Shown here: positions 19,469 through 28,854 of the stretch, one piece after another
How positions within the stretch are numbered: the first letter of the stretch is position 1
How the letters are laid out: every line of letters starts with the position of its first letter
Assembly: GCA_963755025.1 (NCBI GenBank)
Contig: CAVWIH010000013.1
Coordinates: 69,026 to 133,025, forward strand
Direction of reading: 5' to 3'
Source: an uncultured Actinomycetes bacterium
GTDB lineage: Bacteria; Actinomycetota; Thermoleophilia; UBA2241
DNA: 64,000 nucleotides
Made by a program: the position numbers and the translations under genes
Notes under the pieces: model-generated
What the model was told of the DNA's origin: nothing
The model's input: only the letters and a program-made list of their open reading frames with translations
The model's database searches: none

Positions 19469-19614
19469 GGTCTGCCTCCCATGCGCCTGACGCTCGTGGT
19501 CGCGCGGTCGCTTGCCCGGGGCGCTCACGACGTGCCGGCCGCCGTTCGACTGTCTTGCCGCCCCACACTCTTCCCGCGACGCGGGCACAGCCGGCCGTTT
19601 GCGCGGACGCGGGG

Positions 19615-20958
19615 CTAGGCAGAGACTCCGCTGCTCACGAGGGGCGCTGGCGCGCGCCAGCGGCAGCCCACGAAAACGTCGACCAGGGCGGGGTCGAACT
19701 GCCGGCCGGCGCCGTTGCGCAGTTCGGCCAGGGCGATCTCGGGCGACAGCGCCGCGCGGTACGGGCGGTCGGAGGTCATGGCGTCGTAGGCGTCGGCCAC
19801 GGTGATGATGCGCGCGCCGAGCGGGATGTGCGTGCCGGCCAGGCCGTCGGGGTACCCCGTGCCGTCCCACTGCTCGTGGTGGTGGCGTATGTAGTCGCGT
19901 CCCTTGCGGTACATGCTGAACTGACCGGCGAGCTCGCTGCCGTCGGCGGGGTGGGCCACGATCGCCTGGCGCTCCTCGTCGGTCAGGGCTTCCTTTTTGT
20001 AGAGGATGCGGTCGGCCGTGGCGATCTTGCCCAGGTCGTGCACGCGCGCGGCCGAGACGATCAGCTCGACCTCGTCGCGCGGCAGGGCCATGGCGCGGGC
20101 GATCTCGCCGGCGTAGCCGGCGACGCGTTGCGAGTGGGCGTAGGTGTACTCGTCGCGCTTGTCGATGGTGTCGGCAAGCAGCACGAGCGCGTGATCGGTC
20201 TCGGTCTGCAGGTTTGCGTAGAGCTTGAAGCCGTTGTAGATGACGAACACCAGGAACGGAAAGTAGAGGATGTCCCAGCGGCTCTCCTGGTAGGCGAAGG
20301 CCAGCAGCGCGCCGAGCGGCACCATCGAGATGTATGGCACGCCCATCTCGCCCAGCGTCGCCGCCAGCCGGTGCGGCATGGTGCGCCCGGAGATGCTGAT
20401 GACCACGACGACAAGCGTGTCGTTGACCACCAGAAAGACGACCGCCGCGACCAGGATGGCGATGGCGTCGTTCTTGAGGCTGACCGGCCCCGGCACGGCG
20501 AGCCGCTCGTAGGCGAGCGCCGCGAGCCCCGCCGACAGGGCGAGCTGGCTGGCGTTGAACACCACGCGCGTCCAGTGCAACCGCGAGATGACGAAGTCGC
20601 TGAAGAAGACACCGGCGATGGCGACGATGCCGGCGAACGCCGGGCCGTAGAGGATGGCGGCGGCAAAGCTCACCGTGAGCGACGGCGACGTGGCGCCCTC
20701 GAGGCTCGACGCCACGGCCCAGTGCTCGCTGGCGATGGCGGCGAGGGCGAAGATCAGCAGGTCGATGCCGTGACCGTGCGGGAAGTCGTGGGCGGTGGCA
20801 GCCAGGAGCAGCACCGCGCCGGCGGTGACGATGGTGATATACGCTGCCAGGGCCGGCGAGAGCGAGGCTGTGCCGGCGCTTGCGGATGGCTGGCTGATGG
20901 TTCCGCGATCCCTTCGAGGCTGACCGGACCGAGACCAACGGCCGGGCGTCACGCTCAC
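19615..20958 (-). CDS. Membrane-anchored HD-GYP phosphodiesterase (MASE-like TM sensor)
   Basis: About 7 TM helices then HSQRV, HDLGK, HHEQWDGTGYPDG, ADAYDAMTSDRPYR; start placed downstream of the predicted promoter. Confidence 0.88.
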   Translation of the reverse strand: MSVTPGRWSRSGQPRRDRGTISQPSASAGTASLSPALAAYITIVTAGAVLLLAATAHDFPHGHGIDLLIFALAAIASEHWAVASSLEGATSPSLTVSFAAAILYGPAFAGIVAIAGVFFSDFVISRLHWTRVVFNASQLALSAGLAALAYERLAVPGPVSLKNDAIAILVAAVVFLVVNDTLVVVVISISGRTMPHRLAATLGEMGVPYISMVPLGALLAFAYQESRWDILYFPFLVFVIYNGFKLYANLQTETDHALVLLADTIDKRDEYTYAHSQRVAGYAGEIARAMALPRDEVELIVSAARVHDLGKIATADRILYKKEALTDEERQAIVAHPADGSELAGQFSMYRKGRDYIRHHHEQWDGTGYPDGLAGTHIPLGARIITVADAYDAMTSDRPYRAALSPEIALAELRNGAGRQFDPALVDVFVGCRWRAPAPLVSSGVSA

Positions 20959-20986
20959 TCGTCTGGCGTACTGGCCTCGAGTGCGG

Positions 20987-21014
20987 GTATCGGCACGGGC
21001 GCCGTCTGACTGGA
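20987..21014 (-). promoter_or_regulatory. Sigma28/WhiG-like promoter
   Basis: Minus strand TCCAG-N15-GCCGATAC. Confidence 0.6.
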
Positions 21015-21141
21015 GCCCCCTCGCTCCCGGGGCCGGCCGGCGCACGGCGCAACTGCGTGGCAAGCGAAGCCGCGGGGCAGAGACCTTTCATGTGCAAGGC
21101 CGCAGTTCAGGCCGCAACCGTGACTCGCGGGGAGGGACCTC

Positions 21142-21573
21142 ATGTCCTCTGAAGACGACGTGCGCAACGCTTCAACCAAGTTCTACGCCGGGCTGCAGCG
21201 CATGCTCGACGGCGACGGCTCGTCGCTCAACGACAGCTGGTCGCACGACGCGACCGTGACGACCATGCACCCCATCGGCGGCCTGCAGACCGGCTGGGAC
21301 GAGGTGCGCGGCTCGTTCGAGGGCGTGGCCCAGCTCGCCTCGGGCGGCCACGCCAAGCTGCTCGGCCGGCGCATTGAGGTCGTCGGCGACCTGGCCTACG
21401 AGATCGGCATCGAGAAGGGCGAGGCGACGCTCGCCGGCGAGCAGATCGCGATCGAGCAGCGGGTCACGAACATCTATCGCCGCGAAGCCGACGGCTGGAA
21501 GATCGTCCATCACCACACCGACATCTCACCGGCGATGGTGGCCGTGCTCGCCCGCATGCAGAAGGCCGCCTGA
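21142..21573 (+). CDS. NTF2/SnoaL-like family protein
   Basis: HPIGG..GWDEV, RVTNIYRREADGWKIVHHH; RBS GGAGG. Confidence 0.88.
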   Translation: MSSEDDVRNASTKFYAGLQRMLDGDGSSLNDSWSHDATVTTMHPIGGLQTGWDEVRGSFEGVAQLASGGHAKLLGRRIEVVGDLAYEIGIEKGEATLAGEQIAIEQRVTNIYRREADGWKIVHHHTDISPAMVAVLARMQKAA

Positions 21574-21591
21574 CCCGCACACGTGCCCGAC

Positions 21592-21840
21592 ATGGACTGC
21601 CCTTGTGAGCTCGCGCGACTGAGCGATCCCGACAGGCTCTACGAGGTGCAGCGCGCGCTCGCCGCGCGCGGCGTCGAAGCCGAGGTGTGGGACGTAGAGG
21701 GCGGCGCCCGGCGGCGCAGGGGCGCCGCCGCTCCCGAGCTGCGCCTGATGGTGCGCCGCCAGGACGTCGTCTACGCGCGCTGGGTGGCGCACGCCGCCGG
21801 CCTCGACACCTGGCGCGACGAGCCCGAAGAAGCCGCATGA
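21592..21840 (+). CDS. Small hypothetical protein (DUF2007-like pattern)
   Basis: ALAARGVEAEV..LRLMVRRQDV pattern; directly follows the upstream gene. Confidence 0.55.
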   Translation: MDCPCELARLSDPDRLYEVQRALAARGVEAEVWDVEGGARRRRGAAAPELRLMVRRQDVVYARWVAHAAGLDTWRDEPEEAA

Positions 21841-22119
21841 CGACGTAGGGCGCGTGCTCAGTAGTCTGTCCTACGGTCTTCTAGATACTTGGCAGGCGGC
21901 GTGCCGCCACCGGTGGGTCTGGACGGACGACCGTAGTCAACCGCGATGACGCGCCGCCACGAACGGGACTCCGGCACGCGCCTCGGTTTGTCGGAAAATG
22001 GGGGGTGCACTTGATTTGCATCGATGTATCATTCAGAGGTCGTGTTGTAAAAATGCTCCAGCTAGATTGTGAGGCGCCGGGTGGGGCGTCGTCCTGCGGA
22101 GCGGACCTGGGGAGGTCAT

Positions 22120-23625
22120 ATGCCAGAAGTTGAGATGCGCACGGAGAAAGCCAAGCTTCGCAAAACCCTGCGACGCTGGGACTTGGCTCTGTTCGGTGCC
22201 TGCGCAATCATAGGGTTCGACTCGCTGGCCTACACAACGGCCTCCGGTTACGGCCAGGCCATCACCTGGCTGATCATCACCTTCTTCATCTTCCTCATCC
22301 CGTTCGGTCTTATGACTGCCGAAGTGACCGCTGCATTCCCAGCCGAGGGCGGTCTCTACGCCTGGTGTCGCATGGCCTTCGGCAAGCTTTTCAGCGAAGT
22401 CGCGACCATGATGTACTGGCTCTCCAACGCCGTCTGGCTGGGCGGCACGCTGACGGCCGTGACGATCGGCGTCATCGACGTCTTCTTCACGCCCAAGCAT
22501 CCGCTCAACACGTGGGAGTCGATCGTCGTCGGGCTGGTCTTCACTTGGGTCACGATCCTTCTCTCCGTGATCAACCTCAAGTACGGCAAGTGGACGGGCA
22601 ATGTCGGGACCGGCCTCAAGGGTCTCACCATGGCGGTCCTCCTGATCCTGACCGTCGTCTTCCTCGCCCGGCACGGCCTGCCCAAAGGCATCGCGCCGGC
22701 CAGCTCTTACACGCCCAGCGTAACGGGCTTCCTCGCGATCATCGGGGTCATCGTCTTCCTCTGGGTCGGCTTCGAACTCGCCGGCTCGGCTTCCGAAGAG
22801 ATGGTCAACCCACAGAAGGACGTACCGAGGTCGATCTTCAGTGCTGGCCTGATCACCACCGGCATGTACATCGCCGTCATGCTGTGCATGCTGCTCCTGC
22901 TCACCGAGAAGCAGCTGGGCGCGGCTACCGGCATTCCGGCCGCCGTCAACGTCGTCCTGACCAGCGCAGCGGGCGGCGCAGCAAAGGGCCTGGGCTACTT
23001 CCTGGGAGCAGTGCTTATCCTCACGTACCTGAGCTCCGCCTCAGTGTGGACTCTCGGCTCGGCTCGCGTTCAGGCCGTCGCCGCCCTCGACGGTTCGGCG
23101 CCTCGGCTCCTCGGCAAGTTCAGCAAGCAGGGCACGCCGCTGCCCATGTGTATCCTCATGGGCGTCGTCGGCTCGGTGATGTGTGTGATCATCTTCCTCG
23201 TCACGAGCGGCAGCCTGAAGGCGTTCATCGGCGTGATGATCGCCCTCGATACCTCACTGACGGTCGTGGTGTATGTGTTCCTGATCCCGGCGATCGTTCG
23301 CCTGCGGACCACCCACCCGCACGTGCACCGTCCCTTCGTCGTGCCCGGCGGCAAGTTCGGGCTGTGGGCCTGCGCGATCGTGACGTGGGTCCTCTCCGTC
23401 GTCACGTGCATCACGCTGCTCTGGCCGGGCCTTATCAATAGCTGGTTCGGTCAGAGCTACTCGATGGAGGATAGCTGGGGCATGACGCGCGCTCGGTTCG
23501 AGGTCTTCACCCTCGGCACGTTCGTCGTGTTGATGCTGATCGGCGTGGCCTTCTGGGCCTACGGCCGCACACAGGGCAAGGTCTCCGACGACGCCGTCAT
23601 CACCGGCGTGGTCGAAGAGGCGTGA
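22120..23625 (+). CDS. APC family amino acid permease (GadC-like)
   Basis: 12 TM; FPAEGGLYAW, GFELAGSASEEMVNPQKDVP; RBS GGAGG. Confidence 0.92.
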   Translation: MPEVEMRTEKAKLRKTLRRWDLALFGACAIIGFDSLAYTTASGYGQAITWLIITFFIFLIPFGLMTAEVTAAFPAEGGLYAWCRMAFGKLFSEVATMMYWLSNAVWLGGTLTAVTIGVIDVFFTPKHPLNTWESIVVGLVFTWVTILLSVINLKYGKWTGNVGTGLKGLTMAVLLILTVVFLARHGLPKGIAPASSYTPSVTGFLAIIGVIVFLWVGFELAGSASEEMVNPQKDVPRSIFSAGLITTGMYIAVMLCMLLLLTEKQLGAATGIPAAVNVVLTSAAGGAAKGLGYFLGAVLILTYLSSASVWTLGSARVQAVAALDGSAPRLLGKFSKQGTPLPMCILMGVVGSVMCVIIFLVTSGSLKAFIGVMIALDTSLTVVVYVFLIPAIVRLRTTHPHVHRPFVVPGGKFGLWACAIVTWVLSVVTCITLLWPGLINSWFGQSYSMEDSWGMTRARFEVFTLGTFVVLMLIGVAFWAYGRTQGKVSDDAVITGVVEEA

Positions 23626-23660
23626 TCTGCACCTGAACGGCCAGATGACCCCCTAGAACG

Positions 23661-23701
23661 CAAGGGGCGGAGGTGAGCGGTCGGCTCACCTCCGCCCCTT
23701 G
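23661..23701 (+). terminator. Intrinsic terminator
   Basis: 18-bp stem caaggggcggaggtgagc / gctcacctccgccccttg. Confidence 0.75.
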
Positions 23702-23900
23702 TCGTAGGGGCAGGCCCACGGAACGCACAAGGCCGGAGAGGACGAGCGAGACCCAGCGCCCGCTCCACGCGTGTTGCGGGCCATCGCGGTCGGTGTCCAA
23801 GCCGCCGGAGCGGCATTGCGGGGGGGCGTTGGTAACGCTGGGGAAGGCCCAACGCTTGTCGTATGATGACGATTTGTCCTCTTTCGTACGAGGGTGCGCG

Positions 23901-25526
23901 TTGAACATTGAGACTCGCGCCAAGGCAGGGATCACGCTGCGCGGCCGCCGTACGACCGTGCATCTGGTCGTGGCGCTTGTGGCAGGCGTCGCCCTGCTGG
24001 CCTTCTGGGGGCTCGCGGTCTGTACCGCGCCGGCGCCGGCCGCGCCGCTGCCGATCGCCTCCCTCTCCTCGCTGACGCACCCCGACGAGGCCGTCTGGTA
24101 CCCCGACCCCGATCCGAGCTTCGCGCGGAGCGCGATCGGGGCGGCGGGCTACTCGTATCTGCTCGATCAGACCGCCGACAGTGTGCCGGCGGCCTCGGTC
24201 ATGGTCCCCGCCCTGCGCTTCTCGGCGGCGACGCTGAGAGCCGGCAGCGTGCCGTGGAGCGTCGGGTCGGGCGACGTGACCGGCGACGGCAAGGCCGATC
24301 TCGTGGTCGCCGACTACGGCGCGGCGACGGTGAGCGTGCTGGCCGGCGACGGCGCGGGCGGCTTTGCCGCGCCGGTCGCCTACGGCACGGGCGCCGACCC
24401 GCACGGCGTGGCGGTGGCCGACCTGAACGGCGACGGCGTCGACGACGTGGTCGTCACGAACTGGGGCGACGCCACGATCAGCGTCTTGCTGGCCAGGGGC
24501 GACGGTACGCTGGGCCCGGCGGTCACCTACGACGTCTCGGACCAGCCCAGCCAGATCGCCGGGGGCGACTTCAACGGCGACGGCACGCCCGACCTGGCTG
24601 TGGCCGACTGGGGCGCGACCGACGACACGGTCGGCGTGCTGCTCGGCAAGGGCGACGGCGCCTTCGCCGCGCCGCAGACCTTCGCCGTGCCGACGAACCC
24701 GCACGGCCTTGCGGTCGGCGACTTCGACGGCGACGGCGCGCCCGACCTCGCCGTGGCCTGCAACGCGCCCGACGAGACCTCGGTGGCCGTGTTGCGCGAC
24801 CTCACCCTTACGCCGCTCAGCGTTGCCTACAGCGGCAAGGCCGACGGGGTCTGGTACTTCCACGTGCTCGCCTTCGACGCGGCCGGCGACGCCGGGGCCA
24901 CCGCGACGCGCGCGGTGCGCATCGACACCATGCCGCCCACGACCACCGTCTCCGGGGCCGACCGCCGCTGGCACCGCAAGCCCGTCACGCTGCGCTTCAC
25001 GGCGGTCGACCCGGCCGCCGCCGGCGGTCAGGGCTCGGGAGTGCGGTCCACGCACTACTCGCTCGACGGCGGCAAGACGTGGACCAGGAAGGAGCTGGCG
25101 ACGGTCTCGGCGACGGTCTCAGCCTCCGGCAACCACTCAGACGACGGCGTCCATACCGTCCTCTTTCGCGCTCGCGACCGTGCCGGGAACATCGAGGCCG
25201 CCCTGAGCTGCCGGGTGAAGATCGACACGCGCGGGCCGGTGACGGCCGCCCGTCCGGCAAGCGGCAGGGCGTGGCGCTCCCTCAGCCTGCGCTACCGTTT
25301 GAGCGACGCTCTGAGCCCACAGCTGACGAGCGTGACCGTGGTCATCAAGAACGCGGCCGGGCTGGTCGTGTCGCGGGTGTCGCGCGGCGTGCAGAGCACC
25401 GGGGTGTGGCAGAGGCTCACCTGGACTCCCAGGGCCCGAGGGGTTTACCACTTCGCGGTCTATGGCAAAGACTTGGCCGGCAACCCGCAATCACGCGCAG
25501 GCGAGGCGGCGATCACCATCCGATGA
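23901..25526 (+). CDS. Secreted FG-GAP/VCBS repeat protein with Ig-like domains
   Basis: Signal peptide; four D.(N/T)GDG..D repeats; C-terminal D.AGN Ig-like modules; start uncertain (23901 or 23958). Confidence 0.85.
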   Translation: MNIETRAKAGITLRGRRTTVHLVVALVAGVALLAFWGLAVCTAPAPAAPLPIASLSSLTHPDEAVWYPDPDPSFARSAIGAAGYSYLLDQTADSVPAASVMVPALRFSAATLRAGSVPWSVGSGDVTGDGKADLVVADYGAATVSVLAGDGAGGFAAPVAYGTGADPHGVAVADLNGDGVDDVVVTNWGDATISVLLARGDGTLGPAVTYDVSDQPSQIAGGDFNGDGTPDLAVADWGATDDTVGVLLGKGDGAFAAPQTFAVPTNPHGLAVGDFDGDGAPDLAVACNAPDETSVAVLRDLTLTPLSVAYSGKADGVWYFHVLAFDAAGDAGATATRAVRIDTMPPTTTVSGADRRWHRKPVTLRFTAVDPAAAGGQGSGVRSTHYSLDGGKTWTRKELATVSATVSASGNHSDDGVHTVLFRARDRAGNIEAALSCRVKIDTRGPVTAARPASGRAWRSLSLRYRLSDALSPQLTSVTVVIKNAAGLVVSRVSRGVQSTGVWQRLTWTPRARGVYHFAVYGKDLAGNPQSRAGEAAITIR

Positions 25527-25635
25527 TCGTGGACGAATGTCCCGTCGACGCGGGCGCGGGCGCAGGTCCATACTTCCCCTGGAGGGGCCGGCGGCAGCGC
25601 CGAGCTCACGAGGGCTCGCGGGGAGTTGGTGGTTC

Positions 25636-26871
25636 GTGGATGACGCGCAGACGATAATCGCCAGGGTCGGGGCAACCATCGCCTCCAGCCTGACGATCGA
25701 CGAGGTGCTCTCCGCCATCGCGCGCCAGGTCTGCGAGGCGTTCGGCGTCGCCTCCGCCGACATCCACCGCTACTCCGCCGACACCGACCTGCTCCACTAC
25801 GTGGCGTCCTGGGGCGTGGCTGAGGGGTTCACCGAAGACGGCGCGGGCGTAGGCGAGTCGTACCCGCCCGAGATGCGCCTGAACTACGTACCCGTCGTGC
25901 GCGAGCGGCGCATCGTCGAGGTGCACCGCGACGATCCCGGACTGCCGGCCGCCGAGGCCGCCGAGATGGACCGCTGGGGCGAGATGTCCAACCTCGACGG
26001 GCCGCTCGAGTTCGGGGGGCAGGTGATCGGCGTGCTGGGCATCGTCGAGTCACGCTACTGCCGCCGTTTCACCGAGGCCGAGAAGCTGCTCTTCTCACAG
26101 CTCGCCGTGCTGGCCGCCATCGCCATCCACAACGCCGACGTCTTCAGCGTGCTCGAGCACCTCGTCATCACCGACGGCCTCACCGACCTCTTCAATCACC
26201 GTCACTTCTACGACCGCCTCACGCAGGAGGCCGTGCGCGCGGCGCGCTACGAGCTGCCGCTCTCGCTGCTCATGATCGACATCGACGATTTCAAGCGCTA
26301 CAACGACCGGTTCGGGCACCGCGCCGGCGACGCCGTGCTGCGCGACCTCGCCGTGCTGCTCAAACAGCAGACTCGCCAGCAGATCGACGTCGTGGCGCGC
26401 TACGGCGGCGAGGAGTTCGCCGTCATCCTGCCGAGCACGGGCATGCAGAGCGCGGCGACGGTCGGCGAACGGCTGCGCAGCAGCGTCGCCGCCGGCGGCC
26501 TCCAAGGCGAGGCCGCCGCCCCCGATGGGGCCGGCGCTGCCCTTGGGGCTGACGCGGTCGGCGAGTCAGGCGCCGCCGATGAGCCGGGCGCCGCCGGCGA
26601 CTCAGGCGCCGCCGGTGAGCCGGGCGCGGCCGACGGCGGCCCAGGAGCCGCCCTCAGCGCCGCCGAGCGCATACGCAGCGCGATTGCCGGAGAGGTCTTC
26701 GGTGGGCCCGACTCCCCGGCGAGGATCACGGTGAGCGTGGGGGTGGCGAGCTTTCCGTTGCACGCCGTGTCGATGGACGACCTGGTCGACGCCGCCGATC
26801 GCGCCGTTTACCAGGCCAAAGGGCGCGGCAAGAACCGCGTCGAGATGGCGGGCGAGCTCACCACGCCGTGA
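25636..26871 (+). CDS. GAF-GGDEF diguanylate cyclase
   Basis: GAF domain, TDGLTDLFN, DIDDFK, RQQIDVVARYGGEEF; low-complexity insertion inside GGDEF. Confidence 0.9.
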   Translation: MDDAQTIIARVGATIASSLTIDEVLSAIARQVCEAFGVASADIHRYSADTDLLHYVASWGVAEGFTEDGAGVGESYPPEMRLNYVPVVRERRIVEVHRDDPGLPAAEAAEMDRWGEMSNLDGPLEFGGQVIGVLGIVESRYCRRFTEAEKLLFSQLAVLAAIAIHNADVFSVLEHLVITDGLTDLFNHRHFYDRLTQEAVRAARYELPLSLLMIDIDDFKRYNDRFGHRAGDAVLRDLAVLLKQQTRQQIDVVARYGGEEFAVILPSTGMQSAATVGERLRSSVAAGGLQGEAAAPDGAGAALGADAVGESGAADEPGAAGDSGAAGEPGAADGGPGAALSAAERIRSAIAGEVFGGPDSPARITVSVGVASFPLHAVSMDDLVDAADRAVYQAKGRGKNRVEMAGELTTP

Positions 26872-26886
26872 CCGCCGGCGCGGCGC

Positions 26887-26997
26887 TCACCACATGCCGG
26901 TGGCGAAGCACCAGAGCGGCGCCGCCACCGCGAGGACCGGTACCAGGACGACGATGAACAGGGCCAGGGGTTTGGTCCAGGTCGCGTGCATCAGCAT
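26887..26997 (-). CDS. 36-aa single-TM small protein (absent from the ORF track)
   Basis: GGAGG-N6-ATG; MLMHATWTKPLALFIVVLVPVLAVAAPLWCFATGMW*; high GC3. Confidence 0.65.
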   Translation of the reverse strand: MLMHATWTKPLALFIVVLVPVLAVAAPLWCFATGMW

Positions 26998-27126
26998 GTC
27001 TCGCCTCCGGTGACGGTCTCGTTTGCAGCCTCCTCATTGTAGGCGTCGGCCGGGCAGGTGGCGGATTTCGGCGTCAGTGCTTACCATGGCGACGACATCG
27101 CCGGGCCGACACGGAGGCCAAGGGCC

Positions 27127-27330
27127 ATGAGCTGCGCCAAGAGGACCAACCTGAAGTCGTGCAACTGCACCTACGAGCCGTGCCCCCGCAAGGGGATCTG
27201 CTGTGAGTGCGTGCGCTTTCACCTCGCCATGCGCGAGCTGCCCGCCTGCGCCTTCGAAGCCCAGGGCGAGCGCACCTACGACCGCTCGTTCGAGCACTTC
27301 GCCGCGCTGCTGGCCGAGGGTCGCCGCTAA
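27127..27330 (+). CDS. Small Cys-rich protein (DUF6485-like)
   Basis: CNCTYEPCPRKGICCECVRFH..LPAC.F...TYDRSFEHF. Confidence 0.8.
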   Translation: MSCAKRTNLKSCNCTYEPCPRKGICCECVRFHLAMRELPACAFEAQGERTYDRSFEHFAALLAEGRR

Positions 27331-27332
27331 GA

Positions 27333-27465
27333 CGGTCGTCGGCGCGCTCGGTCGTCGACGCGGCGGCCGGTCGTCGACGCGGCGCCCGGTCGTCGACGCG
27401 GCGCCCGGTCGTCAGCGCGGGGTTCGGTCGCCAGCGCGGCGCTCGGTCGTCAGCGCGCCGCGCCG
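27333..27465. repeat. About 19-bp degenerate tandem repeat (about 7 copies) between convergent genes
   Basis: ggtcgtcgacgcggcgccc and variants, no spacers. Confidence 0.8.
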
Positions 27466-28673
27466 GCCTGCGCCGCCCGGGCCGTCCGCGGGTAGCAGAA
27501 CGCCACCGCCACCAGGCCGCAGACCGCGGCCGCGGGAATGACCAGGCGCGGCGCGGCGAACTCGGCGACCAGGCCCCACACGGCGAACCCGACGCCCTGC
27601 GAGAACATGAGCCCGGCCGTCTGGAGCGCCAGCGTGCGACCACGCAGGCGCTCGTCGCTGGTCGCGAGCAGGGTCTGGTCGTAGCCGGGCGTGTAGGCGT
27701 TTCCCAGGCCGGCCACAAAGAGCAGCGCGACCGCCCCGGCGAGGCCGGGCTTTCCCAGGAACGCGAGCAGCGGCAGGCAGGTGAGCAGGGCGCCAGACAG
27801 CACGAGGCGGCGTTGCGCGCGCGCCGAGGCCACGCGCGCCACCCAGAGGTCGCCGAGTGCCGTGCCGGCCGGCAGCCTCGCCAGGTAGATGCCGACGGCG
27901 CCCGCCGCGCGGCCGATGTCGTGCGTGTAAGGCGCGGCGAGCGCCTCGGGAGCCGCCGTGCAGGCCGGCAGCAGCCAGCCAAAGACGAAGAGGCGTCGCA
28001 GCCGCGGCTGGGCGAGCACCTCGCGCAGTCCGGCCAGCGAGTCGCGCACCAGCGAGAGCTCGCTCGCAGTGCCGCGCGCCGGACGCTTGCGCGTGCCCAG
28101 TCGCAGCAGGAGCGCCGAGGTGGCGAAAGCCGCGGCGTCGACGGCCAGCGTGGCGCGCGGTGAGAGGACGAGCAGCACGAGGCCGCCCGCCAGGCTGCCC
28201 ACGACCTGGCTGACCTGGGCCACCAGGCGGATCAGGGAACGGCCGAGGATGAAGGGCGGTCCGTCGCCGAGGATGTCGGTGAGCGTCGCCGCGCGCACGC
28301 CCCCGAACACCGGCGCGATCAGGCCCAGCACGAAGAGCAGGGCGAGCAGCGCCCAGACGGGCAGCGCAAGCGACGCCATGGCGCCCACCACGAGGGCGCT
28401 CGACAGGTTGCAGACGACCAGCACGCGGCGCGCCGGCAGGCGGTCGACGACCGACGACAGCAGCGTGCCGCCGAAGAAGTAGGGCAGAAAGGCGGCGCTG
28501 AAGGTGAGGGCGGCGAGCGCCGGCGAGCCGGTCCGCGCGTAGATCAGGACGGTCATGGCCACCGCCGCGACCACTTCGCCCAGCATGGAGATGACGTGGG
28601 CGGCAAAGACGGCGCGGAACTCCGCGATGCCGAAGATCTCGCGGTAACAGGCGCGTGTGGGTTCTTCGGTCAC
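27450..28673 (-). CDS. MFS transporter
   Basis: 12 TM; VDRLPARRVL motif A; start GTG 28673. Confidence 0.88.
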   Translation of the reverse strand: MTEEPTRACYREIFGIAEFRAVFAAHVISMLGEVVAAVAMTVLIYARTGSPALAALTFSAAFLPYFFGGTLLSSVVDRLPARRVLVVCNLSSALVVGAMASLALPVWALLALLFVLGLIAPVFGGVRAATLTDILGDGPPFILGRSLIRLVAQVSQVVGSLAGGLVLLVLSPRATLAVDAAAFATSALLLRLGTRKRPARGTASELSLVRDSLAGLREVLAQPRLRRLFVFGWLLPACTAAPEALAAPYTHDIGRAAGAVGIYLARLPAGTALGDLWVARVASARAQRRLVLSGALLTCLPLLAFLGKPGLAGAVALLFVAGLGNAYTPGYDQTLLATSDERLRGRTLALQTAGLMFSQGVGFAVWGLVAEFAAPRLVIPAAAVCGLVAVAFCYPRTARAAQAGAAR

Positions 28674-28725
28674 CCGCACAGTCTTCCATGGGGCCCCGAT
28701 GCCTGCAACGCGCCGTTTGGGCAAT

Positions 28726-28768
28726 ACACAAGGCAGGGAGCACGCACAAGCAGGGAGCACACACAAGC
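28726..28768. repeat. 17-18-bp direct repeat in a divergent promoter region
   Basis: acacaaggcagggagcac-gcacaagcagggagcac-acacaagc. Confidence 0.7.
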
Positions 28769-28854
28769 GATACGTCGCGTCGTCCTCGCCCCGGCTCCGG
28801 GCCCCGGCCGGAGACGGGTGAGCGCGGGCGATGCGACCCGGAGAGGTGACAGAG

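Noticed and set aside
21015-21140. c-di-GMP riboswitch near the HD-GYP gene
   Set aside because: No GEMM-type GGCAAA/GAAA-receptor architecture on either strand
22005-22020. Sigma54 promoter upstream of the APC permease
   Set aside because: Reads TG-N10-GC; the invariant GG at -24 is missing
27333-27465. Possible CRISPR array
   Set aside because: Units are adjacent with no unique spacers, are degenerate, and no cas genes are present
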